Source: the human T2T-CHM13v2.0 reference genome, Homo sapiens. From it: 64,000 nucleotides of DNA. The notes beneath the pieces were generated by a model, which was not told the DNA's origin, searched no databases, and was given only the letters and a program-made list of their open reading frames with translations. Of this stretch, positions 49,063 through 64,000 are shown piece after piece. The stretch lies in the NCBI RefSeq assembly GCF_009914755.1, contig NC_060935.1, one strand, 5' to 3'. A program made the translations under genes and the position numbers. Position 1 is the first letter of the stretch; every line of letters starts with the position of its first letter.

Positions 49063-49979
49063 GCTGTCTGCCTGGTTTAGGTTGGGGTCTCTGCTGCATA
49101 CGGAAACACACAGTGTGACTGCTGTCCGCACGGTTTAGGGTGGGGTCTCTGCTGCATGCGGAAACACACAGTGTGACCACTGTCCGCACAGTTTAGGGTG
49201 GGGTCTCTGCTGCATATGGAAACACACAGTGTGACCACTGTCCACACAGTTTAGGGTGGGGTCTCTGCTGCATATGGAAACACACAGTGTGACCGCTGTC
49301 TGCATGTTTAGGGTGGGGTCTCTGCTGCATATGGAAACACACAGTGTGACCGCTGTCCACATGTTTAGGGTGGGGTCTCTGCTGCATACGGAAACACACA
49401 GTGTGACCGCTGTCCGCACGGTTTAGGGTGGGGTCTCTGCTGCATACAGAAACACACAGTGTGACTGCTGTCCGCATGGTTTAGGATGGCGTCTCTGCTG
49501 CATATGGAAACACACAGTGTGACCGCTGTCTGCATGTTTAGGGTGGGGTCTCTGCTGCATACGGAAACACATAGTGTGACTGCTGTCTGCCTGGTTTAGG
49601 TTGGGGTCTCTGCTGCATACGGAAACACACAGTGTGACTGCTGTCCGCATGTTTAGGGTGGGGTCTCTGCTGCATATGGAAACACACAGTGTGACTGCTG
49701 TCCGCATGTTTAGGGTGGGGTCTCTGCTGCATATGGAAACACACAGTGTGACCGCTGTCCGCATGTTTAGGGTGGGGTCTCTGCTGCATATGGAAACACA
49801 CAGTGTGTCCACTGTCCGCATGGTTTAGGGTGGGGTCTCTGCTGCATATGGAAATACACAGTGTGACCGCTGTCCGCATGGTTTAGGATGGCGTCTCTGC
49901 TGCTTATGGAAACACACAGTGTGACCACTGTCCGCATGGTTTAGGATGGCGTCTTTGCTGCTTATGGAAATACACAGTG
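49063..49979. repeat. 57/58-bp minisatellite, ~16 copies
   Basis: Unit (G)GTTTAGGGTGGGGTCTCTGCTGCATATGGAAACACACAGTGTGACCGCTGTCCGCAT. Confidence 0.96.
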
Positions 49980-50571
49980 CTGCTTTCTTTCTTGCCTAAA
50001 TAAAACACGAGCAGACAGAAGCCAGCAAGGGATGGAAATAGCACCTCGTCATAGTCAGAAGCGAGTTTATCTCAGCATGCGAGGGCGTTCTGACATTAGG
50101 AAGTCTATTAATGCAATTCAGTACACCCGGAGCTTGGGTGCAGTCTCAGGAAATCGGGAATGGAAAAGCACTTCCTGCATTCCATCCAGGGTGTCTACTA
50201 AAACATGCAGTGTCTGTCTTACGTATTCTAAAACCTCAGAGGCATCCATGAAACTCTGGAATAAGATGTGGGTGGGGATTTGCAGAGAATTGACATCCCT
50301 AACAACACCGAGTCTTCTGGTCCCTAAATAGGGTCTATTTCTCCATTTTCAGTGACAATCTTTAATTTCTCTTGAAATGTCATAATTTCCACCACCATGT
50401 TCTTCCACATCTTCTGTTAAGTTTATTTATAGACACTTGATATTTTGGGTGTTATTATAAATAATAGCTTCCAAATTTGATTTTTAGTGGTTTGTTACTG
50501 ATGTGTAAATTTTTATATATTAATTTCTTTATTATGTTAAAATACACATAACATACAATTTACTGTATTAA

Positions 50572-51450
<879 letters not shown>

Positions 51451-52560
51451 GGCTGTAGTGTCCGAGAGCAGGGCGGGGGTCACCTCTGAGGTCCCGGGGG
51501 TCACCTCTGAAGTCCTGGGGTCAGGGCTGTAACATCCGAGTGCAGGGCGGGGGTCCCAGTTCAGCCCGGGACGTGAGGTTCTTCTGCGTCTTCTACACAC
51601 CCAACCACGTCCTGTGTGACGCCATCACCTTGCTTTCTCCTCTAATCTCTCTTCTTTTGGGCACTGGAATTCAGCCCAGCGCCGCACACAGCGCGACACC
51701 AGGCCCCCAGCCTTGTTCCCGCCGTCAGGGACGGCTCCTGTGCCTCACCCACAGTTACGCTGGGGATGTTTCCTGCTATTCCTGGTCTGCTAGGTTTTCT
51801 TGTTGTTTTTTAAAAAACCCATGAATGAATGTTGGATTTTATCAAAAGCACTTTTGGCATCTGTGGAGATGAGTGTGCGATTTTCTTCCTTCCTTTGCTA
51901 ACGTGGTGCACGCACGGATGCCATTTCTACGGGTCGCATGCTCACGGGGTCCTGGGTCGGTGACTCCTCAGGCATGGATTTTCCACGTTGCTGTGGACGC
52001 CATCTCCTAACGACTGTCATCGCACTGCCTAGGACAGCTGACACGGGCACGGTTGGCAGTTTCCACCCGGGCGGCTCCTCCTTGGGCGAGGCTGGACAGC
52101 AGTGGCCCTCGGCAGGTGTCTTGCAAAACGCCATTTCAGGACAATTTGGAGAAGGAACACAAGTCCTGCCCCTGGCTGAAGCCTGGCTTAACACCTTTCA
52201 GTGAGATTTTTTCTTAAGTGCCAGCATTAGAATTTGCAAAATTGTCAGCAGCCGCTCAGAAGAAAACCCCGGCGGTGTCAGTGGGCCACCGTTTTGAGAA
52301 ATGCTGAAATGTGTCTAGGGAAAACCTTAAGACCCCGAAAGGAGGCCTGAGTGGTACCGAGCAGATGTACGTGGGGCCAAGCATCAGGCGAGGTCAGTGC
52401 AATGCCGCAAAGGCCCCCCACACCTTTTTTGCAGTTTTATGGAGTTAGACGGGTTGATAGCAAAGTTTTTACAGGAAAGCACTCAGGTAAGAAGAGGTGG
52501 GAACACACTAGCAGACAGAACACTCCTTGAAACCTCAAGGCAGAAACTGTGGATGGTGCA

Positions 52561-52862
52561 GGCTGGGCACGGTGGCTCACGCCTGTAATCCCAGCACTTT
52601 GGGAGGTGAAGGTGGGCGGATCACGAGGTCAGGAGATCGAGACCATCCTGGCTAACATGGTGAAACCCCGTTTCTACTAAAAATACAAAAATATTAGCTG
52701 GGCGTAGTGGCGGGCGCCTGTAGTCCCAGCTACTCAGGAGGCTGAGGCAGGAGAGTGGCGTGAACCCGGGAGGCAGAGCTTGCAGTGAGCCGAGATCCCA
52801 CCAGTACACTCCAGCCTGGGCGACAGAGCAAGACTCTGTCCCCCCCACAAGAAAAAAGAAAG
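52561..52862 (+). mobile_element. Alu (AluY-type)
   Basis: Alu consensus with GATCACGAGGTCAGGAGATCGAGACCATCCTGGCTAAC; probable TSD AGAAACTGTG..TGGTGCAG. Confidence 0.93.
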
Positions 52863-52875
52863 AAACTGTGTCTGG

Positions 52876-52987
52876 TGCAGGTGCAGATGCCCCAGGCCTG
52901 CAGACAGGAGACCCCAGGACATGGGTGGCTGCAGGTGCAGATGCCCCAGGCCTGCAGACAGGAGACCCCAGGACACGGGTAGCTGCA
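52876..52987. repeat. 54-bp tandem duplication
   Basis: TGCAGGTGCAGATGCCCCAGGCCTGCAGACAGGAGACCCCAGGACA at 52876 and 52930. Confidence 0.9.
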
Positions 52988-53074
52988 CAAGTCACAGGGG
53001 CAAGGCTGGAATTTTGAATAAATGGTGCTGGCTAATAACCCAGTGTCCGTTTGGACAAAGACTTTGTCCCGCCT

Positions 53075-53706
<632 letters not shown>

Positions 53707-54028
53707 ACATCCACCCAACAGATGAATGTGACCATATTGCAGAGGAATGACACAGTCACACTGAAGGAAGTCGAGAAGTAAAGGAACGCCTGAAGTCACC
53801 GCGGGGACAGCGTTGACTGGACGCTGAAGGTGAGGCTGAAGACAAGACACGCTGTGCATGGATGCCAGGCTCTGGGTGGTGGGTCTGTCCCTCACGGGGG
53901 TGTATCAGCAAGTCTGGAGCCAGTTCACCCGCAGCTGGGACTAGACAAGCAGGTGAAGGTGTGAAAGCCAGGTTTCTTCAGACAAGAGATGCAACAGGTA
54001 AAGCGGCGGACGAGAACAGGCCTGCACT

Positions 54029-54725
54029 GCTGGGGTGGGCATGGAGGGACCCGCGCTGCTGGGGTGGGTGAGGATGGGCGTGTGCCCTGGGGTGGGTGAG
54101 GATGGGCGCATGCCCTGGGGTGGGTGAGGATGGGCGTGTGCCACTTGGGTGAGCGAGGATGGGGCACGTGCCGCTGGGGTGGGTGAGGATGGACGTGTGC
54201 CCTGGGGTGGGTGAGGACAGGGCCCATGCGTCTGGGGTGGGTGAGGATGGGCGTGTGCCCTGGGGTGGGTGAGGAGGGGCCCGTGTCACTGGGGTGGGCG
54301 AGGATGGACGTGTGTCCTGGGGTGGGTGAGGATGGGCGTGTGCCCTGGGGTGGGTGAGGATGGACGTGTGCCCTGGGGTGGGTGAGGATGGACGTGTGCC
54401 CTGGGGTGGGTGAGGATGGGGCACGTGCCCTGGGGTGGGTGAGGATGGACGTGTGCCCTGGGGTGGGTGAGGAGGGGGCATGTGCTGGTGAGGAGGGGGC
54501 GTGTGCTGTTGGGGTGGGTGAGGACAAGGCCCATGCCCCTGGGGTGGGTGAGGAGGGGCCCATGCCGCTGGGGTGGGCGAGGATGGATGTGTGCCCTGGG
54601 GTGGGTGAGGATGGGGTGTGTGCTGCTGGGGTGGGTGAGGACAGGGCCCATGCCCCTGAGGTGGGTGAGGAGGGGCCGGTGCTGCTGGGGTGGGCGAGGA
54701 TGGACGTGTGCCCTAGGGTGGGTGG
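54029..54725. repeat. ~28-bp G-rich minisatellite, ~24 copies
   Basis: Unit CTGGGGTGGGTGAGGATGG(A/G)CGTGTGCC with variants. Confidence 0.95.
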
Positions 54726-55435
54726 CAGCAGCATGAGCTCACACGGTCAATCTACACACATGTAGATTGTTTGTGCATGGGGGTGAGTACACAGGCATGC
54801 ATCTTCTGGCTCTGTCCACCAAGAGGGCCTAGACACCGGGATACCCCAGTACCAAAGGAAGCACAGGGTGCAGGTCTCGGTCCCCGACGTCACCCTCCAG
54901 TGAGAGGACCCCACAGGCCTCGGAGTCTCGGCTGGCACCAAGGCCGGGGCAGGGAAACGTCAGGCTGAGCTTGGAGCACTCACAGTCCCGGAACGTGAGG
55001 AAATGCGTGAACGGGAGCAGGGCTTGTGGGGAGGGGACCTGGGAGTCAAGATGAAAGCTCCCACGCGCCGGGTGATAGTTTACTGGATTGTAACCCACAG
55101 AATAAAAAGCCGCGAGCCCACAGTGACGCACACGAACAATTCGCTGAGTGAAGAGTCGGTGTACACGGAGCTGCCCTTTCTCCTTCCTGGCCCTGGTGGG
55201 AGAATTTTTATCACAAGTGGGTGATGGGTTTTGTCCAGTGCTTTTCCATGTCCGCCGGGATGGAATAAACGTGACGTTTGTCTGTGGCCCTGTCAGTGTA
55301 CAGCACGTCACGGATCATCTGCATGTGTGCCCAGGACCGGGGCAGTCACCCAGCAGATACGCACGTGGGACCCGGCTTGGCCTCATGGGGTGGCGGCTGT
55401 GTCTTGGTTTTCATTTGGTTCAGAAGGTGGGTACG

Positions 55436-55848
<413 letters not shown>

Positions 55849-58399
55849 TCAGCTGGCACTCCCTTTCTCTTCGGAGTTCCTGGCCTCCTCAGGGGTCTTG
55901 TGGCCTCTCCAGAGGTCTTGCGGCCTCCTCAGGGGCCTGGTCAACCCTCCTTAGTTATAGGAATGGCCTCATTTGAGGAGATTCCCTCCAATAGGAGGGA
56001 GACGCTTGCAGAGCAGGATTCATGAACAATCCGTGTAAGTGCGGGGACGATGCCTGGCATGTTACACTCCAGATGCCGGCTGTCAGTAGCGCCGTCACAG
56101 TCACTCATGTCTGTGGTTCGCTTCCCACGCCGGGTCTTCAGCCCCATCTACCCACAGGGCCCCAGACTCAACCCCACCATCTCTGTAAATAGAACCACCA
56201 GCCACCCACTGCTTAAGCAGAAAGAGTGCCAGGAACGCTTGTGACTTTCCCCCATCCTCACCTCCACTTCCAAACAATGCTGGGGACCAAGCAGGGGTCA
56301 TGACCCAGATTCTGTGTTTCTGGCTAATGATTAGTTGGGAGTTCCTTTGGAATAAAACCCCAAGTCCTTGCCACAGCTGGCAGGAGCCTATTCTGCAAAC
56401 CGCACCCCCTTCTACGTCACCCTCTCTCTGTATCACAGGGCCCTTCTCTGGTCCTCAGACACTGTGGGAGGCTGGAGGGATCAACCCCAGCCCTCTCTTC
56501 CCTACCCACCTTCTGAACTAAATGAAAAGCAAGACTCTGCATGAGCACAGGGGGCCAAGCTGGGTCCTACATGTGGATCAGGCTGGGCGGCCGACCCTGG
56601 TCGTGGGTGCACAGATGCAGCCCCGTGTGGGGAGCTTGGGGAGGGCGGCATCCTTCCGCCCGGGAGGGGAGATTAACTCACACACACAAAGCACTAGCTG
56701 GTGGCAAAGGACATGCTTTATCATATACGGCAGAGCCATGTGGGCACCGAGAACCCGAGAAAAACCCAGCTCCCCATGAGAAGTGTGTCTGTCCAGCGTC
56801 TGGGGGAGGGGCGTGTGGTCCTCAGGAAGGCCATGCAGGGCGCCCACCCGGAGCTCCCCGGGGACGGCCTCTGCGTGCGGCCTCATGACCTTGTGACCTG
56901 GGTCTGGCTCTCAGGAGCACCAGGCAGGCAGGGAGGGCATGCCCCGGAGGAGCCCTGCCTGTGGCCGCATTGCCGTTAGAATTTCAATGAGGGGCACTCA
57001 GTTTGATGGATGACTCCTGCGGCCCTGGAGGCCTGAGGCCCCACCTGCTCCGTCTGCTCGGGAGACACAACGTCTTGACTCGGCCTCTGTCCCTTTGTCC
57101 TCCCTGCCAGGCCTGCCAGCCCTGCGCTGTGACTCTGCCCTGCAGGCCGGGGGGCCGGGTAGACACCCCTCAGGAAGAAAAGCCTCTGCCTGGAGCCGCT
57201 AGCCTGTGCTGGGGGGGGCTTGGAGACCCCAGGGTGTGGGCTTCGGGGCTGCAGATGGCCCAGGCGCTGACCCAAATTCAGTGCTCTCGGGGGTGGGTCT
57301 GTGTGTCCCTCCACTGGGCCTCTGGACCAGAACCTTCCGGGGACTCCAGCTTCCCTCTGAGACGTCTCGGCCGACCCAGCCCCTCCTATGCGGCGGCCAG
57401 CCTGGGGCCCAGTGGGTAGATTTGCTCCTGTACCATCTCAGGGCCGGTGCCCTGCGGAGGGAGAGGCGCTGTCTGTCAAGCCTCACTCTCTCCTGGCGAG
57501 GGCTCTGGTTTTCCAGCCACGTCGCTGCATGGAGAGCAACGCACAAAGACAGGGTCTCAGAGGCCACCTGTGCCCACCCTGGTCCTGCCGGATAACTCCT
57601 CCCTTCCCTCTTCTCCGGCAGTCAAAGCCCCCGACAGAGGGAACGATGGCCCCGGGGGACACAGCTCCTTTCCCCAGCTGTTCCCAGAGCACAGCTGGCT
57701 TCAGCCTGGGTGCAGCCACATCTTACGGGTCCAGCCCGAGTCCGTCCATTTCTGAGGGTCCTGCTGCCCTCCCCCACCTGCCCCCATGCTCCGCAGAGCC
57801 CTGCAGAATGAGAGGGTCCTGGACCTGGCTCCTCTGCCTGGGAGAATCTGACGGCTCCGGGTGCAGTCGTAGCCCCAGGAGAGGCCCTGGCGCCCTGACC
57901 CCCGGCAGGCAGCGAGGCTGATGTGGGAGGGCGAGGCCGCCCCGCCCTGGCTCTGACAACCCTCCCTGCACTGCTGCCCAACCCTCTCCCCATGCCTCCT
58001 CCACCTCCCCCAGGGTTGGCCTGGGAGCCTCCTCCGCTTCCCCCAAGGTTGGCGCCCGGGAGCCGTGCTCTGGGACCACACTCCTCTTTGGCTCTGGGAA
58101 TTTCTCCTCCCACGTGGAGGCCCCCACAGCAGTGGACACCACCCAGCCAGGCCCACCTGACCGGTCAGGCTCAAACCCTCTGGTACCCGCCCCACCCATA
58201 GGACCAGGTGTAAACCAGGCAGCGACACCCCAGACGTGTGGTCTTGGTCAGCTCCCCTGGGCTCCTCTCCCTCCAGCTGGCCCTTCTCTGCCCAGGAAAC
58301 AGTTTTCTGAAGAGTTCTCCGTTCTCGAGCCTTCCAGCTGCGTGGGAGAGAGTTGACCCCAAGGCTGGGACCACAAGAGGCCAGGGAGGGTGGGCCTGG

Positions 58400-58560
58400 G
58401 ATCTGCAGCTCACGGGCTGTGTGACTGTGGGCACGAGATTTCATTTCCTGATTCATAAAGGTGGGGACCGATCAAAGCTACTCCTTGGACCTTTGTGAAG
58501 ATTAAATGAGTTCAACACGGAGCATTCTTGACCCATGGTGAGTGTCGTAAAACGCTGGCC
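58400..58560 (+). mobile_element. MIR fragment
   Basis: GCTGTGTGACTGTGGGCA...TTTCCTGATTCATAAAG...TTGTGAAGATTAAATGAG. Confidence 0.65.
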
Positions 58561-58705
58561 ACTGTAATTTTTCATTTTCCCTTCGGCATTATGACAATAT
58601 ATCCCCAATGGCACAGGATTTTAAGTGAATGTACCGTAATCTGCCCAACCATTCTTTTACTGTGGACACTTGAGTGATTTCCAATCATGTTTACTCTCAT
58701 TTGTT

Positions 58706-59029
<324 letters not shown>

Positions 59030-59552
59030 TAGGCTAGTAATATTGACTCTTAGAGCTAACACTCTAACATGGAAAGGAGAAAACAATTGTTTCTCCTTAG
59101 GGATTGTTTCCTTAAAATTTGGCCCAGAAACTATAATCCTGAGTCAAATGGTGTCGATGTTCTCATTATCCTGGAAGAATCACGCTGACCTTGGCTTTAA
59201 AAGGTTGAATCACCTCGGACTTGCGAACGGCAACGGGTCTCTCACAGAAGCTCGGCCGCACTGGAATATGCAGATGTGTTTGTTTTCATTAGTATTTCTG
59301 TGTTTTACCATTTTTCTGAGCTTACTAATTATGTGTTTTACCGATTTTTCTGAGCATACTAATTATGTTCTATTTAAATGTTCTCTGTGTACTGATCTAT
59401 TGCAAATGTAATTTGTAATTACCGGGATCACCCTCAGTGTGATGTGAGGTCTGATCTCCAACCTCATGCCTCACTGCTTCTGAGAAATGACCTGTTGTTC
59501 CTGACACTCTTGCGAGGTGGGTGGATTAAACCCTCTGCGTCTGCTAGCTTTT

Positions 59553-60395
59553 CTCCCAGGTCTCACACCTGGACCCCCCACCCCCACCAACTCCCCTCCC
59601 AGGCCTCACACCCAGACCCCCACTCCCCTCCTAGGCCTCCCACCTAGACCCCTGCCCCCACCAATTCCCCTTCCAGGCCTCACACCTGGACCCCCACCCC
59701 CACTGACTCCCCTCCCAGGCCCCATGCCTGGACCCCCACCAACTCCCCTCCCAGGCCTCACACCTGGACCCCCCAGCCCCACCAACTCCCCTCCCAGGCC
59801 TCACACCCGGACCCCCACCCACTCCCCTTCTAGGCCTCCCACCTAGACCCCTGCCCCCACCAATTCCCCTTCCAGGCCTCACACCTGGAACCCCACCCCC
59901 ACTGACTCCCCTCCCAGGCCCCATGCCTGGACCCCCACCCCCACCAACTTCCATCCCAGGCCTCACACCTGGACCCACACCCCCACCAACTCCCCTCCCA
60001 GGCCTCACACCTCGACCCCCCACCCCCCACCCCTCATCCCCACTGACTCCCTTCCCAGGCCTCACACCTGGACCCCCCACCCCCCACCCCCACCAACTTC
60101 CATCCCAGGCCTCACACCTGGACCCCCACCCCCACCCCTCATCCCCACCGACTCCCCTCCCAGGCCTCACACCTGGACCCCCACCCCCAATGACTCCCCT
60201 CCCAGGCCTCACACCTGGACCCCCACCCTCACCCCTCATCCCCACTGACTCCCCTCCCAGGCCTCACACCTGGACCCCCACCCTCACCCTCATCCCCACC
60301 GACTCCCCTCCCAGGCCTCACACCTGGACCCCCATCCCCTACCCCTCATCCCCGCCGACTCCCCTCCCAGGCCTACACCAGGTCCCCCACCCCCT
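59553..60395. repeat. C-rich variable-unit (~38-55 bp) minisatellite
   Basis: CTCCCCTCCCAGGCCTCACACCTGGACCCCCACCCC repeated with variable spacers. Confidence 0.95.
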
Positions 60396-61064
60396 CTTGC
60401 CTGTCACAGTGCCTCCTGGAACATGGAACCCCTCTAGCAACTCCCTAATTTTCTTCTATTCATAGCAAATTGTCTCAAAAAATGTGTCTACACCCAACAT
60501 CCAAGACCCTGCATCCAAGACGCCCCATCCAAGACCACCCCCTCCTCTAGTCACTATATGACCACCTCTCTGCATCTCATTTCCTCAGCCACCCCTGCTG
60601 GTCCTGGGTCTGGACTCAGCATGGCCGTGGCTGCACGTGGCTCTTCTCCCCCTTTCCCAGGGCTCTTTCCAGCCCACGGAGCAGAGTGCCACCTCCCTGC
60701 CTACCTCAGCCCCAGTTCCCTCAAAGGGCAAACGTTCCACCTGCCGACCCATTTTCCTGCTTTGGGCCGGCCAGGGCCAGGCCTGGTCTTCCCAGCCCTA
60801 CTGCGGTGCCCGACCCACAGGACAGCCTGGGGGGCATCAAGCCCAATGCCTCTGAGAGCCTGTGAGTGAGTGGCCTCCATGGTGCTGGGGCCGCTCCAGC
60901 CGCCTTGCTTGGCCCCCGGGCCTCCCTTCAGGATCTAGATCACACCCAGACACCCGTCCCTGCCTCTGCCCCAGCACCTCCGCCTGGAATGTGAATCCGC
61001 AGCTACCTGTGGAGCCGGCGCCTTCTCTCCGTCCTTCTCACACTGAGGGGCACCCCCAGAGAGG

Positions 61065-61388
61065 TCACCATGGCCCGAACGTCTATCCCCAGAAATTCTT
61101 CTGTTGAAACCTTCACTGCCAAGGTGATGCTATTGGGAGGAGGGGCCTTTGGGCGGGTCTGGCCGTGAGGGTCGGCCTCGTAAATGGATTAGTGCCCAGA
61201 CAAAAGGGACCTCAGAGAGCCCCTCACCGCTTCATTACGTTCGGATGTGGCCAGGAGGCGCTGGCTGTGAACCACAGTCTGCCGGGGCCTGTTAGACTCA
61301 CAGTCTCCAGAGCTGTGAGCTAAATGTCGGTTGCTTGAAGCCGCCGACGGGGGTGTTTTGCTGTGGCGGCCGGAGTGGCAGAGACTGG
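61065..61388 (+). mobile_element. MLT1-type LTR
   Basis: CCCCAGAAATTCTTCTGTTGAAACC...GGGGCCTTTGGG...CTCCAGAGCTGTGAG.TAAATGTC motifs. Confidence 0.7.
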
Positions 61389-61679
61389 GGAGATCCTGGC
61401 CACAAAAGCGGCAGGGCCTGCCCCTCCAGTTCCTGTCTAAGCCATCACCATAGGTGCATCCTTCACCACCTGCCTGCTGCCCTGCTGGGCCGTTCTCTGC
61501 CTTCCAGACGTGAACGTGAGTGCGAGGGTGGGCACAGCCTGCACGTGCCCGGCCCTGCTCCACACGAGCTTTCGGGTGTGCCGGTGAGCCGGATGCCTGC
61601 TGGGTTCCCACAGCAGCCTCTCTGTTCTTCTCCCTGATTGTAGAGACGTGACCCTTGCCTGCTGGCTCCAGCTCAGGGA

Positions 61680-61940
61680 GGTGTGCTGTGTGTCCTTCGC
61701 GACGTGCGCTAGGGGCCGGCCCCTGCCAGCTGGGAGGCCAGTGCTGTGTGTCCTTCGCGACGTGCACTGGGGACCGGCCACTGCCAGCTGGGAGGCCAGT
61801 GCTGTGTGTCCTTCATGGTGTGCACTGGGGGCCAGTGCTGTGTGTCCTTCATGGTGTGCGCTGGGGGCTGGTGCTGTGTGTCCTTCACGATGTGTGCTGG
61901 GGGCCGGCCCCTGCCAGCTGGGAGGCCGGTGCTATGTGTC
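61680..61940. repeat. Composite 35/60-bp tandem repeat
   Basis: GTGCTGTGTGTCCTTC core repeated five times, with or without a CCTGCCAGCTGGGAGGCC module. Confidence 0.85.
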
Positions 61941-62337
61941 TGCTCTGTCAGCCCCCTCAGGTGGGTGGTTTGGGCGTCGGCCATGGTGGGAATGTTTACA
62001 TCACGGAAATTGGCCAGTGCCTCCAGCCAGGGTTTTGTTTCCCTCGTGAGTTGCTCGTTGCTAAATCAGCGCAGCACGGATTGGCCTTCCTCTTCCTCTG
62101 TTCTGTTTTGTTATGGGATGTCTCTAACATACGGAAAACCATAGAGAATGATATGATAAGCACCTTCAGCCCTTCCCAGCTCTAAGACTCCCTGACATTT
62201 GGCTGTGTCTGTGCCATGATTTTAAGTGGATTCAACCCGTCCAATCCACCCAAAGCCCCTGGTGCCCTGTGGTGCCATTGCTCTCCCTCCTGGGGCAGAT
62301 TCCACATCTGGAGTGTCGTGCCGGGGCACGTTTGTAG

Positions 62338-62683
<346 letters not shown>

Positions 62684-62707
62684 CTACAGCGTGGTTTTAC
62701 GTGGGGG

Positions 62708-63192
<485 letters not shown>

Positions 63193-63553
63193 CCCCTCTT
63201 TTCCTTGCCTGGGTTAGGGACCCACTGAGAATAGGACAGGAGAAAAGGCAGATGTGATTTTTTCAGAATATCAACTTTCTACCCGGCCCCAGCACTGGCT
63301 GTCCACCCACGCTGCCCTGCCACCCACCCATGCTCCCCTGCCGTCCACCTACGCTGCCCTGCCGTCACCACGGCACTCGGAGCTTCTGGAGCTTAGACTA
63401 CTTTATCTTTGTGGCCCTTTTCTGCCTTCTTATCAACTCCCTTTCCCTGCCTCTGCAAACAATGCCGGTGAAATTTAGATAGGAGTTGCATTGTACACAG
63501 ATATTACAGAGGGAAGGAATAACATTGTTACAACATTGACTCCCACACACAAA

Positions 63554-64000
63554 CCTCTCTCTCTCTTGCTCTCTCTCTCTCGCTCTCTCTCTGTCTCTCT
63601 CGCTCTCTCACTCTGTCTCTCTCGCTCTCTCTCTTGCTCTCTCTCTGTCTGTCTCTTGCTCTCTCTCGCTCTGTCTCGCTCTCTCTCTGTCTCTCTCTCA
63701 CTCTCGCTCTCTCTCTTGCTCTCTCTGTCGCTCTCTCTCACTGTCTGTGTCTCTCACTCTCTCTCGCTCTCTCATGCTCTCTGTCACTCTCTCTCGCTCT
63801 CTCTGTCTCTCTTGCTCTCTGTCTCTGTCTCTCTCGCTCTCTCTGTGTCCCTCTCGCTCTCTCATGCTCTCTCTCTGTCGCTCTCTCTCACTCTCTGTCT
63901 CTGTCGCTCTCTCTGTTTCTCTTGCTCTCTCTCTGTCTCTCTCGCTCTCTCTCTGTGTTTCTCACTCTCTCATGCTCTCTCTCTGTTGCTCTCTCTCACT
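63554..64000. repeat. (CT)n / CTCG / CTGT low-complexity tract running off the window edge
   Basis: Visible CT-rich compound microsatellite. Confidence 0.95.

Noticed and set aside
49063-49979. Complete RSS in the 57/58-bp VNTR as a 12-RSS partner for the 47-bp array
   Set aside because: The heptamer is present, but the best nonamer-like match (CCCTAAACC, minus strand) is 26 bp away and nothing fits at 12 or 23 bp.

Overview
Human genomic DNA (AluYa5, THE1/MST and MER41 repeats). It is recognisable as the 5' part of TOLLIP (Toll-interacting protein, 11p15.5) on the minus strand: coding exon 1 (17095-17127, MATTVSTQRGP) and exon 2 (3295-3444), with the remaining exons beyond the left edge. 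A CpG-island bidirectional promoter (~16.8-18.0 kb) drives the divergent lncRNA TOLLIP-DT/TOLLIP-AS1, which appears to end in a MER41 LTR. From ~18.4 to 43 kb the sequence is almost entirely nested L1/L2/Alu/LTR relics. A second, orphan CpG island with a dense (GGGGC)n-type repeat lies at ~43.9-45.6 kb. The window is rich in GC-rich minisatellites (47-, 28-, 57/58-, 28- and ~40-bp units). Almost all long ORFs in the track are artefacts of these repeats or of GC content. No new protein-coding system is supported. The most unusual observations are: a 47-bp intronic VNTR whose unit resembles a V(D)J recombination signal (heptamer, 22-bp spacer, nonamer); a 28-bp VNTR built on the Chi octamer; a MER41 LTR fused into the TOLLIP promoter island; the orphan G-rich island with a strong splice donor; and two chimeric Alu structures. 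Repeat subfamily names and most repeat boundaries were assigned by eye and are approximate.
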